DNA of 64,000 bases from Eledone cirrhosa. Taxonomy: Eukaryota. The translations under genes and the position numbers were made by a program. This document shows positions 14,052 through 26,189 of the stretch, piece after piece; position 1 is the stretch's first letter, and each line of letters opens with the position of its first letter. The notes below the pieces were generated by a model. The model ran no database searches, was not told where the DNA came from, and saw only the letters and a list, made by a program, of their open reading frames with translations. Where the stretch lies: positions 95,480,001 to 95,544,000 of the forward strand of contig OZ024745.1 of NCBI GenBank assembly GCA_964016885.1. The letters run 5' to 3'.

Positions 14052-14453
14052 CAGAAATTGGTAAGTCTCACTTCAAAATACTAATGAAGACTAGGAGATG
14101 TGTTTTTTAATGCACATGTGTCACAGTGTCTAGCGCGTCCTATACTCGTGCCGCTAAAAATAGCAGCCGGTTTTATCAGTGTTTATCCCTATCATATATT
14201 CATTTGTATTACACGGCTCAGAAATATTCCTTTCTTTGAGCTAATTAATTGTAAAAGACTATTTGAGTTTATAACTCTCTATATATAATATTCTCGGCTC
14301 CATCCATTGAGCTAATTTTTAGTCCCACAAAACCGGCTGCTATTTTTAGTGGCACAAGTATGGGACGTGCTAGACACTGTGACACGTGTGCGTTAAAAAA
14401 CACATCTCTCCCAGTCTTCATTAGTATTTTGAAGTGAAACTTACCAATTTCTG

Positions 14454-14543
14454 GATACCTGCAGAAGAGCACAGGAATAGGAACTTTCACTTAATTGTTG
14501 CGAAACAAATTTGAAATTTAAAATTTAAATTTGTCCATGTATC
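14454..14543 (+). ncRNA. Type I hammerhead-like fold, inverted copy
   Basis: Same motif as 13962-14051 with one stem I mismatch (CATGTATC). Confidence 0.55.
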
Positions 14544-14708
14544 ACAGCTTTTGCCAATATAGGTTTGTTTTTATTGATTTATTATTTTAAATCGAGACAG
14601 GCAAAGCGTATTATTTTAATTAGTATTTTTCAATCTAGCTAACTTGGTCATTTGCAATACGAACACATGTATACTTGTATCAGTGTTTATCCCTATCATA
14701 TATTCATT

Positions 14709-14744
<36 letters not shown>

Positions 14745-14867
14745 TATATTATTTATTATTTATCATTAACATTAATATAAAAATAATGATTATATTTATT
14801 TAGAGAAGGTCCTCAAATTTCATATAAGGCCTCAGCAGGGGTAAGTCTGGCCCTGCCAAACAACAAG

Positions 14868-15225
14868 ACAACCATTTTCCCCAATGAAGGAGGGTAAATA
14901 TCTAATTATGGACACTGCATGTTGTAACACACTCTCCAGCTCCAGCCTTGTTACTTGGCCACAAACCGAGGTTCTGCCACCCATAATGCCAAGAAGTAAA
15001 AGATATTCAAATACTAGGACTGTACTGATCAATTCCTTTTCATACTGATCAAGACCTCTGGAGTTCCTGGTCCCTGAACTACCATTTTTCCCCATGCCTG
15101 AAGGAACTCTGTGGGGTGGATTGGCTGATACAGCAGGTGTTGCTGGCTGTTCTCCAGGGAACAGCTGAGATATACTGTTAGGGCAGGGGTGTAGAGTCTG
15201 TGCCCTATTTCTCCCTTCCCCATTT
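14868..15225 (+). mobile_element. Decayed CRE-like non-LTR element 3' end (restriction-like endonuclease region)
   Basis: Broken translation TIFP..KEGKYLI.DTACCNTL...KIFKY...KTSGVPG...LIQQVLLAVLQG resembles the WDxTCxxT...KxxKY...ETxG...QRxSxAxxRGN motifs. Confidence 0.5.
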
Positions 15226-16424
15226 TTTTATTATTATTTTTTTCCTCTTTATTATGTGAAATATTTATGTAAATAAAATTCAGTTTAATTTAATGAGTTG
15301 TGGTAGTGGCATAAATAGTAATGTGTTGGATTAAATGTCTTGCAGTAAGTATATTTAGTTTTGTCCCTATATTGATATGACTAGTTATGCTTTACAGTCT
15401 GATAAAATAGTTTCCAGTGATGTACAGAGTTGATTTATTCTACTGTTTCTCTACTAATGTCAGGCCTTGTCCCAGAGTGATGGTTTGGCAACATAGTGTT
15501 CCAAAACTGCACAGATTCCAGTAAAAACTGTCAAATTTCCAACAAAACTTTTATCAAATTACTAAAACTTTTACTTAAAAATATAAAATAATTAAAATTC
15601 AATAAATGACCATGCCTGGGTTTAACAATGCCTAAAATAGATACAATCACATTAATTCATCATACTTTTGAATAAATAACTTAATAAAGATGCCAGAAAT
15701 CTTTATTTGGTCTAGGAATGCTGATTCCTTCAAAATTGTGTCATCCAAGCAATTCAGATTATAGTTCAAATTGAACTTCATTAAAATAAGTAACAAATAA
15801 ACAGACACAGAAACTGAAACAACATTTCACTCCTACATTTTTACATTACATTTTCTGTGAAATCATAAAAAAAAAAAAACTATAACAAGTTATGTAATTA
15901 TTCTATATATATATATATATATTTCTCCAATAGGTGCAGGCATAGGCTGTGTGACCCCATGGCAAAGTGTCTTCTATCATACTCATGGGTTGATCAATGC
16001 TTTGTGAGTGAAATTTAATACATGTGCATGTGTGTGTGTGTGTGTTCTGTAACTCAGTGGTTTGGGAAAAAAAGATCGATAAAATAAGTACCAAGCTTGA
16101 AAAATAAGTACTGGGATCGATATGGTCAACTAAATTCATCTAAGGTGGTGACCCAGAATGACTGAAACCAATAAAAGAATAATTGTTAACTTTTTCCAAT
16201 GATTATTGCAATGCTAAGGGGTATACACATTTCTTAGATTTTCTAAAAATGCAGGAAGTATTAGATATAATGTAACATAGCCTATGATCTTCTCTTACAA
16301 AAAAGTCACCTAGATAGGTACAAACCTATGAAAAAATATATAAATTAATATAATTAGTAATATAGTTATAAAAATATTAGATAATTTAAATATTAACATA
16401 TTAATATTAGATAATTTAAATATT

Positions 16425-16602
16425 AACAAGATGGTTGGATAACACCCATGAGCTTAGCTGATCTAACTTGGGGATTCAACCGGATTAGTTGGGGATTCAG
16501 TCGGATTAGTTGGAGATGATTGCTTCCATTGGGACCTGCTGGGAGGAGTGTTTGAGGACACTGTTCCCACAACCCTCTCAAGAAAGAAGAAGGGAAGAAG
16601 AA
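16425..16602 (+). mobile_element. Rex3/Expander-like RTE LINE 3' tip
   Basis: Similar to 56650-56805 (AACAAGATGGTT...GGAGTGTTTGAGGAC...GAAGAAG tail). Confidence 0.65.
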
Positions 16603-17109
16603 CATTAAATATAGTAAGCCAGATAATTTTGATTTCATGGTACTGTATTTTAAAACCCTTCAGAATGAAATGTATGAAGTCTTAGAAGGATTGGTTATAT
16701 TTTTCCATCATGGAGGAACAGGATGAAAATAGCCATAAATATTACAGTAATTCAACATATTAATAGAGAAATACATTTTTAGTAGAGTTACTATCATAAA
16801 GGAAAAGAAATTCTTAGCAAACAATGATTATTTTAAATTAGAAAACATTTTCTTGTTAAAATACAGGAATAAATTATGACATCATCCAAGTACTATTCCT
16901 GGTTAACACGTTCTTTACTGTTATAAAAATAAACGATAATAAAAATAGTAATTGAAAAATGATAAACGTATGTATTTATGTTGATACATATAAGATTTAC
17001 TCACTATAAATAATAACTTGTTCAAAGATTTTACAGACATAACTCTAGAATTGAAACTAAAAGAAGAAAAAAAATGATACAAAAACACTAGAAATGTCAA
17101 GACATTGCA

Positions 17110-17341
17110 TTAACCCTTTAGCATTTACAATACTCTATATTTACATTACTCTATATTTAATATTGTATTTTCGCAGTAAATGTTTTATTTGACATAATAT
17201 TGAATCTTTGAGACTTTGATACTACTTATTTTTAGAAGAATACCTTAAGATCAATATGAGTGGCTGGTTACAGCTGGTTTGAACAAAAAGGGGTAAGAGA
17301 ATTCTGGCTTGATACAGCCAGTTTAAATGCTAAATGGTTAA
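17110..17341 (+). mobile_element. piggyBac-like MITE, family 1
   Basis: TTAACCCTTTAGCATTTA ... TAAATGCTAAATGGTTAA; TTAA flanks with CCCT termini. Confidence 0.8.
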
Positions 17342-17854
17342 AAAGAGATAATAGACAATATAATATAAATAAGATAGTAATCAATGTAAGAAACTATTTT
17401 ATGCAATAGTACAAATAAAAGTTTTAAGACCTGAAAAGAATAGTAATGATAACAATGGACTTTCTAGATAATATAGAAGAATATAGAATGCCTCAACAAG
17501 AACTGAATGAATAACAATGCTCAAGATAAAAAATACAAAAGATATATAATGAAAATAGTATTATAAAAATAAATTGGAATTAATAATAGAAAATGTTTAT
17601 TTGAATCAAAATGTATCTGATATCTTGACAACCACATACACACAATGGAACAATAACCATGAATAAGTAGGTTAATTTGGAACTAGCAGAGTAGCATGAA
17701 AAATTAGGCCTTTTGACTGTAAGGCTGCATTGTGAATGGTTACAGAGTGTATTTTAAAAAAAATCTAAAATACTATAACAGCGAAGTTAATTATCCCTTT
17801 AGAAATACTGGATAGTTTTTTTTTTTGTAATCTTTAGTTTCATAGTATCAAAGT

Positions 17855-18066
17855 CAATCTTGCAAAATGGGGATATTGTGTATGACTGCGACATCAAAGC
17901 ACAGACTATGCAGCACTTCCTGATATGCCCCCTGCTGGAACATCCCTGCACAGCATTGGACTTGGCAGAGTTTAATGAGAAAGGACAGCAATGAGTTCAG
18001 CTGTGGTGGAACCACATCTAGCCAAGTTTGTAACTGATACTCTTGTGGACATGACAAGAAGAAGCA
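17855..18066 (+). mobile_element. Vingi/Ingi-like LINE 3' end
   Basis: Translation KWGY...DCDIKAQTMQHFLICPLLEHPCTALDLAEFN..., a CCHC-like knuckle followed by a short UTR and AAG tail. Confidence 0.6.
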
Positions 18067-18163
18067 TAGTGTAAAAAAACAAAAGAAACTTTTATGCATA
18101 AATGATATCTGTACAATAAGGAATCATGTCCAAATCTAAATAACTTAATACATATTTAAAGAA

Positions 18164-20900
18164 TCTATACTATAAAGCTGACGGCCGTATGTAAGTAACA
18201 AACTTTCCGCGAAGCGACTGGACCAAACAGCACCATAGATGTAACTTTTTCCAAGTAAGAAAGTGAGGGTATTTTTGTCTACTGAATTTTGTTAAAAGAT
18301 TAAAGACATTATTTAAATATTCATTTCTTTAAAATTTTCAAATGTCAACACTTCCAGTTATATGACATTCCTAACGTCTTCACGAACCAAAGTATCGTCT
18401 TCCTGTTTTCTTTTGGTTGCAACGTTTTTCGAAATATTTACTTCTGCGTTCACAGATTGATTTCTTTAGTTTAAGAAGATTCCATTAAGGGTGAAAGCAG
18501 CGATTCTTTGCTTAAACTTTAATCTGTTATTTTGATATATATATATATATATATATAGTTATATATTTGTGTACAGATATTTTTGCATACATAAAAACAA
18601 AATATAAACAAACGTATTTATTTCACGAAAGCACAGACGGCTTATTGTCATTGTTACTGCTGATATGCCACCCAAAAAGTCCTAGCCTGGCCGCAAGATC
18701 AGATTTTCCAGAAGAAAATATGTTACTAGAGCAACAGAGAGACTAAGCTTCGCGATTACCATCAACAAAGCTCAGGGTCAAACCCTAAAAGTGGCTGGCC
18801 TTCATCTGGGAAAACCATGGTCAATTGTATGTAGGATGCTCTAGGGTGAGCTAAGGAAGAGAGAGAGGAAGGAGAGAAGGAGAAAAGAAACCTATCTGCA
18901 GGTTCATAGCAAGCTTACTGGCGCTTTAGTATGGTATTCAATTCTCATATCGTTTTTGATTGATTCATATGTTTTAAACATTAGATAACGATTGCTGATG
19001 TATATTGTACGACAGAATTAGCTGAAAAATATTTTGAATGAACAAATAAAAGAGATATAAAAGAGAGATGTTGGTTGGTTGGTTCCTTCCCGTATCACAC
19101 GAAAAAAACGAAAAGTGACAATCGGAAAGTATGTACAGGATTGGAATAAGAGTATCTCCAGGAAAGTTTATTGATACTAATTTTATAACACCAAAGAAGA
19201 AGAAAGACATACCACGTATGCTAACCAGCCTGACTGCTATTTCTAGCAGGTTGGGAATGAACCATAAGGGATTCTCTCTGCGAGTTCGTTGTCAGTGATG
19301 ATCGTGTTTCGCGGCCTATATCTCCGATTCCAACGGTGGATTACACACACACACACACACGCACATGCACACACACGAACACTCACACAGGCACACACAC
19401 ACACATATACACACACATATATATATACAAACACACACACATATATATACACAAACACTCATAGCTGAATCAATGGCTGAACTAGAGAAGAAATTCCAAA
19501 CTTGGAAGCATGGCCTAGAATCAAAAGGCCTTAAAATTAACTTGTCTAAGACTAAAAAAAGTTCTAGTATGTAGGAAGGAAAATAGGGCACTGGTCCCCT
19601 CTGGGAAATGGCCATGCTCAGTGTGTAGGAAAGGAGTAGGCAGAAACTCCATTTTATGTCCCAAATGCAAAGTATGGGTGCATAAAAGATGTAGTGGGAT
19701 CACAGGTAAACTAACCAAGAACATAGCTTTTATATGTGGCCGGTGCTCAGGTGCAATAAGTAGTAGCAAGTGCCCACAGGATACTAGCTCATTCCATTGC
19801 ACAGATGGTTCTATAGAAATAGTGCACACCTGGGTGGCAAAATCACCAGTGGTGGTGGGTGCTCTGAAAGTACAGTAGCTCGTGTCAGAACGGGATGGAA
19901 AAAGTTCAGAGAGCTTATACCACTGTTGGCCGCTAAAGGTTTCTCTCTAAAAATGAAAGGCAGACTGTATGATGCCTGCATACAAGCAGCTATGTTACAT
20001 GGCAGTGAGACATGGGAATTGTGTGCAGAGGATCTGCACAGACTGGAGAGGAATGAAGCTTGCATGCTCCGTTGGATGTGTAATAGTAATATACACGAAC
20101 GGCAAAGCATAAACGAACTAAGTGAGAAATTAGGAATAAGAGGGATCAGATGCTGTTTACTCGAGAGAAGACTACGTTGGTATGGTCACGTGATGCGCAT
20201 GAAAGACGACAGCTGCATAAAAAAGTGCAGGGCGATCAAAATAGATGGAAGCTACGGAGTAGGTAGACCCAGAAAAACCTGGGACGATTTGATAAATTCT
20301 GATCTTACACACTTACACCTCTCCAAGACAATGTCACTGGACTGAGATCTTTGGCGCTACACAGTAATCCAGAAGACCTGCCTTGCCTAAGTACAAAGCG
20401 AAACCTACAGTCAGTAGGCACCTCCTAACCACAATACACCCCCATCCCACTACCCTTACCCCCACCCCCATCTACACCTAAAGTTACATTGGTGCCACAA
20501 CATCCAGTCCTAAATAAATGAGGTTGTGTAGGCGTCACGACAAAAAAAACAAAACACACACAGTCCACGCTGTAATGTGGCCATGTAGGTGACACGGTAA
20601 AAACCTCCCAACCCACACTGTAAACGTGGTTGGTGTTAGGAAGGGTATCAAGCCATAGAAAACCCGCCAGACAGTCCTATACGAGCAAGACAACCAATCT
20701 TGCCTCATGTGGGACAATTCCCCTCTAAACCCATGCTAGCGTGGAAGATAGACGTTAAACGATGATGATGATGATGACACACAAACATACACACACACAC
20801 ACACTGTAAACAAGACAATGCATTCAATACAGACGTTTTCTCTTCTGCCAGTCTTCTCTTATCATTTGTTAACCTTGGCAAAGCTGGGTACCTCAGCTAG
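18164..20900 (+). mobile_element. Non-autonomous Helitron relic with nested LINE
   Basis: 5' A|TCTATACTATAAAG; 3' CCTTGGCAAAGCTGGGTACCTCAGCTAG|T (decayed hairpin plus CTAG); internal PIF1-helicase motif RLSFAITINKAQGQTLKVAGLHLGK...HGQLYVGCSRVS at about 18740-18852. Confidence 0.8.
19458..20777 (+). mobile_element. 5'-truncated RTE LINE with PHD-like finger, (GAT)n tail
   Basis: LIAESMAELEKKFQTWKHGLESKGLKINLSKTK, C4HC3 motif, ...RLYDACIQAAMLHGSETW...RRLRWYGHVMR...GRPRKTW; possible TSD ACACAAACA (19449-19457 and 20779-20787). Confidence 0.92.
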
Positions 20901-23029
20901 TAGTATATAAAGTACTGACTTATTGTATGGACATTTATATAAAATGCTACAAATATATTGTTTAAAAAACCAGATCAGCACTGATTGATCAGACATATGA
21001 TCAAAGGCACAATTGCTGTGACCATTTCATTTTTTCAGAAATTATATATCCATTGTGTGTGTGTGTTTTTTTAAGATAGCGAGGTACAATTTGAAAGAAA
21101 TTTAGCTCATATTTCCATCAGATTAAGCAGAAAAAAAAAAGGTTGTTTTTTTGTTGCTCCTTAACTTGATGTCTCATGCTGAAGTGGAGTTCATCAGATG
21201 ACATATAACAATAGAGATATAGTCAAATGTATATTAATTTCCATAGATAGCTGTAGCAAGTGTAAAGGCAACATCAGAATTGGTTTTCTCAAACATAACT
21301 CTACCTTCAGCAATGAGGAAAAGAGAGATATCATAGATTTATCTACCTATGTATGAACAATGAAAGATTGATGATCTGATCATTTTAACTAATACTATAA
21401 AAGAGAATTAAAGTAATGGGAACAAAATCAACTATTACAATAAATGTTTTATTTTCTCTACAGTATATATGAAGTTATCTTTTTTCATGCTACTACTTGC
21501 AAGACTAATATTATATTTAAATAATGTAGTATGTGCAACCTGGTTTTTAGAATAGTTACACCATATCTCTGCATGTCATAAGAGGTCACTAAAAGTGTTT
21601 GCATCAGGAAGAGCATACAGTTGTAAAATGTTGTCTCAAAACAACCCATCTAACGCATGGCAGCATGGTAAAGGGCATGTAAAAACGATAATGATGCTGG
21701 TGAATACATTTGCAAATGCAAAATAAGATGGAAAAAAGTAAACAGAAGTGCCTCCAGGAAATGAACCTTGTTTCTGTTGTATACAGGACAACCATACTAC
21801 CAATACAATAAAACAACATATCAAATTCTCACAGTGTATGTAAACATATAAGTGAACAGCTACAATTGTTAAACCTCTGTTGGTATTTTACAAGCTTTGT
21901 TTGTTCTTTACAAGCTTTGCTGTTATGGTAGTTGTTAGGTTGTCTTAGTGAAATGGTAACATAGTCTGATTCACATTGGTAGTTTTGTTCATTTTTTCCA
22001 TCTTATGCTGTGTTTATAAATGTATTAAAGTCTATTATAAATAAATTGGAAAAAGATCTTAGCTATATATATTGCATACATATTTATATGTATGCAATAT
22101 ATATACACACACATATGAATGATCATCACCATTTTACATCTGTTTTTCCATGATTGCATTGATTGGATGGGTGTCAGCACACTGTCTCACTCTGTGTTTT
22201 CATTTTTTGTTATTGTCATCCTAGACTCAGCCTCCTGAGATCTAATTTCACCACTTTTTACTACTTCTTCCTCTACTGCAGGTTTCTTCCATTTGGATTG
22301 CCTGCCAATTTGTCAAGTGACAGTCATCTTGTATGTGCATCATATGTTAGTTACTAGCTGTCTTCTTTCTTATTATTCATCCAATGATTTAGCCTCTGGC
22401 CAGGCTAGAAGGACAGTTGCTCCAATTGAATTTTGACTTGGTCCCTAACAACCCATCCAAACTATGCCAACATGGAAAAACAGACATATCGTGATGATGA
22501 AACAATTTTTTCTCAACTTATTTGTTCTTTGACATTCATGCCCTTTAACACATTCTTTCCAGCTTTTGTACATCCTTGACATTCATTTGCCCAAGTCTGG
22601 TTTCTATCAACATTGTGCATCATACACAAGCAACATACAATCTGTCACTCAAAAAAACTCCTTGCTGACAGCAGAAGCAAGAAAGAAAAAGAAAATGGCA
22701 AACTTGACAGGTAATGCAGCAGATGATTTACTATTGAGTAGCACTAATAGAAACTCTGTTATTGTTTAGCCTCATCAGGACGCTAATTGAGAAGATGTTA
22801 GGATGAAGAGCATTTTAGCCATGAATATCCCATTTTACTTTCACACCTTGTATAGCTAAGGTTATATGATTTTTTTCCTATGCCAGTAGGTATTATTTGA
22901 AGGTTATGTAGCTGCTATTATGAATCAGCCAAGTGATTGCATAGAGGCTTTCTCTCATTGGCTCATAACAAACCTGTCTTGAAACATATGGTGGCAAAAA
23001 TATGAGACTGCTATGTTGATAGTCATAAT

Positions 23030-23121
23030 TGTTTCTACTGTTGGCACAAGGCCAGCAATTACCAGTGCATTACTGGTACTTTATTTTATCGACCCCCGTA
23101 AGGATGAAAGGCAAAGTTAAC
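23030..23121 (-). mobile_element. 5'-truncated SINE with perfect 19-bp TSD
   Basis: CTATGTTGATAGTCATAAT at 23011-23029 and 23122-23140. Confidence 0.9.
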
Positions 23122-24632
23122 CTATGTTGATAGTCATAATGATGAACAAGTGGTATTCATACTGCTTGTTTTAAGAAGTGTTTGTTACAATAATAACTTG
23201 AACTGATTTCTTCTGATAGAATATAACTTTCAGCTTCACTGATAATGAGTTATTTTAGTTTATGTTTGTGAGTGAAACAATGTTTCTCAATGTAATATTT
23301 AACATATTGATATTGAACTTAAAACTAGCTTAGTGATAAAGCCTTTGATTGGTAGATAATTGTTTCTGTTGGTTAGCCTTACTAAGCTCAGTTAAGCAGA
23401 TAAATATATACCAAATAAATACCTGATTAAAAGCTTGATATGTCCATATATTTAGCATCACAGATATCTTATTGGATATCTTACTTCTATAACAGTATGT
23501 ATGATGAGAAAATCACTCAATCGTGCCAAGACTTAGAATTATATCATCAAACAGCTCCTTCAAATGTCAAATTCTAATTGATATACAGAAATTGTCAAGT
23601 GAAACTAGATTGTATTTTATATAATACAATTTAAAATATGTATATCCTACTGCATTGAATAATTCAAATGAAAGTAAATTTATATTTGATGGTCCATGAA
23701 GTTATCCTCATGAATGTTACAGATCATCTTCTCGAAAAGATAGTGCATCGCTGCCTCAGATGACCCAGATGGGGTAATTACTGTATTTTTGCAGTTTGAA
23801 TTATTTCTGATAGACTAGCGTTCTATCCACAGAAAAAATATTTCACATTTGGTAAATGCAATAGAACATGAGAGTTCAGCACTAATCTTGTGGCTAAATA
23901 AAATCTGTGACAAATAAAAGTATTTATTTTTACTTTAACTAATATAGTAAGTCCAAATTCTGAATTTGTTTTCAAAACATCCTGAAAGATACTTAGAAAC
24001 AATTACGACAGATAGTATTAATTTAAAAGAGGCAGATTTGTATATTATAGGATGTAAAATATTAATAGATAATAGGTTCTATACATATAACAAAACAAAC
24101 AGTATGATAGTTAAGTGGATAAAATGTCAGTCACATTTGAATCTGAATATTTTATATATTAAATTGTAGCTCATTTTACTACCAAGTACCACATTCATTT
24201 AAATGAAATGTTCCACTCATTCTACTCTTTTGAAAGGTTTGTCTATTCAAGACACGCATGCTCTTGCCCCAAGAACTCATCATCATCATCGTTTAAAATC
24301 CAGTGGTTTTCAGACCATGGATTAGGAACTGCTGAGGTAGCTACGTACTGGAAAAAAAACTACAAAATATTGATTCTGTTCAAGCTGAGTTACCTGGAAA
24401 CAAATGAAGCATGTAAATGGAGAGAATAACTCATTGAAGTACAAAACTGACTTGAAACAAAGAAAACTAGCAATTTACATTTCTTGAGATCAAACTATCT
24501 CATACAAGATTGAACAGCTAAATTGAAAAAAAAAAAAAAAATGGTTTGTATTAAATTAATTCCATTATCAATGTATCAATACTCATGCATTGATTTGTGC
24601 CCCCCCCCCCATATTCTTAAATGTGTACTTAC

Positions 24633-24711
24633 ACCGTAACTTTTCATCCACATTACCTCGGGAGGTTACTGATAAGGCTTGTAGAAATTCGTCAAATTCT
24701 ATGTAACCATC
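24633..24711 (-). CDS. NCS1: NCS-1/frequenin exon, EF-hand 2 loop ([26 protein letters not shown] + first base of W)
   Basis: 79 nt, acceptor tccttgcag, donor gtaagt. Continues in frame from the upstream exon to give the loop [12 protein letters not shown]; matches NCS-1 [27 protein letters not shown]. Confidence 0.96.
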
Positions 24712-25010
24712 CTGCAAGGAGTAAATAATAAGAAAACAGTTTATAACCAATAATGTTGCAACTATATATTATCAATACATTTTTTTCAACACATTTTAGT
24801 ATACATAGAATGTATAAGTAAAGGGAAATAGTTGATTTAATGAGATATTGAACAATCAGCTCAAAGCTTGTAAATGTGAATGTAATTTACTTAATTGCAG
24901 TAAATATTCGGGAAATGTCTGGGTATGTTATATACAATAATCTAGCATATAATTTGAGAGATTAATTTCTTATACACATGCTGTAACCGAATTTTGAAAT
25001 AACCACCAGC

Positions 25011-25214
25011 TTAACCCTTTAGAATTGACATCACTCTATATATACTATTGTATTTCTGCCACATAATATCTAATCTATGAGATTTTGATATTATTTATTT
25101 TGAGAACAGTACCTTCAATAACATCAGTATAAGTGGCCTGTTGCAGCTGGTTTGAACAGAAAAAAGTGAGAGAATTCTGGCCGGATATGGCCGGTTTAAA
25201 TGCTAAAGGATTAA
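25011..25214 (+). mobile_element. piggyBac-like MITE, family 1
   Basis: TTAACCCTTTAG...TAAATGCTAAAGGATTAA. Confidence 0.8.
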
Positions 25215-25973
25215 TAAATGCATGAAATATTTGAAAATAACTGTTTATTACAGAAGCAAAGTGTAGCCAGATTGATACAATATTGAGCAACCAGACAATG
25301 CTTTGCAAGTTCAATATAACACTATTCAATTTGAACTTTTGTAATATCTTTGGTGAGACATAGCATTTTAAGATTTGACATCAAAATATCTTTCCACACC
25401 TTCCTATTTCGTAGATATGCTCCATTAACAAAACACGAAACTGTATCCCCCAGCCATATTCATCAACCGTTTCTATATTCATATCAACATATTTCTATTG
25501 CTTGCACACCTCTGATGATGCTTTTAATTCCCATCTGTACTTTCAATTCACTTGTGCATCGAATTTCCTGCAGGTTAACATAACATGTTAAACTGATTGT
25601 GTCAACACCATTTCTTATCTCTCTTCAGTTTCCACAGATCCTTCACATTCAATGATTATATCTCATTATTATGCAGCATCACATTTCTTACACAAGCCTC
25701 ATACAATCTAACAGAATGAAAAAAATTTAACCAGCAGAAGCAACATTTCCTTGAAAATTTTCCACATCCTTTTTATGTTCCACTTAAATGATTATGATGA
25801 TGATGATGTTGATAAACATCTTCATATTAATCTATGTTTAAAAAAAGGAAATTATCTGGGAATAAACAATGTCAATGATCGCAATGAGCCTTTTAAGGCC
25901 ATTTTCTCTGCTAGTGCTAGACACAGCCTTGCAGAGACCCTATGACAAGCGTTATTCCTATCATGGGCTCCTT

Positions 25974-26189
25974 TTAATCCTTTAGCATTTACATTACTCT
26001 ATATATACTATTGTATTTTCACAGTAAATACTTTATTTCACATAATATTGAATCAACAAGATTTTGATATTATTTATTTTGAGAACAATACCTTAACATA
26101 AATATGAGCAGCCAGTTATGATCGGTTTGAACAGAGAGAGGTGAGAGAATTCTGGTCGGATATGGCTGGTTTAAATGCTAAAGAGTTAA
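25974..26189 (+). mobile_element. piggyBac-like MITE, family 1
   Basis: TTAATCCTTTAGCATTTAC...TAAATGCTAAAGAGTTAA. Confidence 0.8.

Larger units (their letters stand above)
13802..14703. repeat. Long inverted repeat (arms 13802-14174 and 14329-14703), (TA)n-flanked
   Basis: Arms are near-identical reverse complements; the spacer contains an inverted copy of 13743-13826. Confidence 0.95.
13403..14855. mobile_element. hAT-like non-autonomous DNA transposon hosting nested palindromic elements
   Basis: Imperfect TIRs TAGTGCTGGACTTACC / GGTAAGTCTGGCCCTG; flanking 8-mers CCACACAG and CCAAACAA (6/8) fit a decayed 8-bp TSD. Confidence 0.6.
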
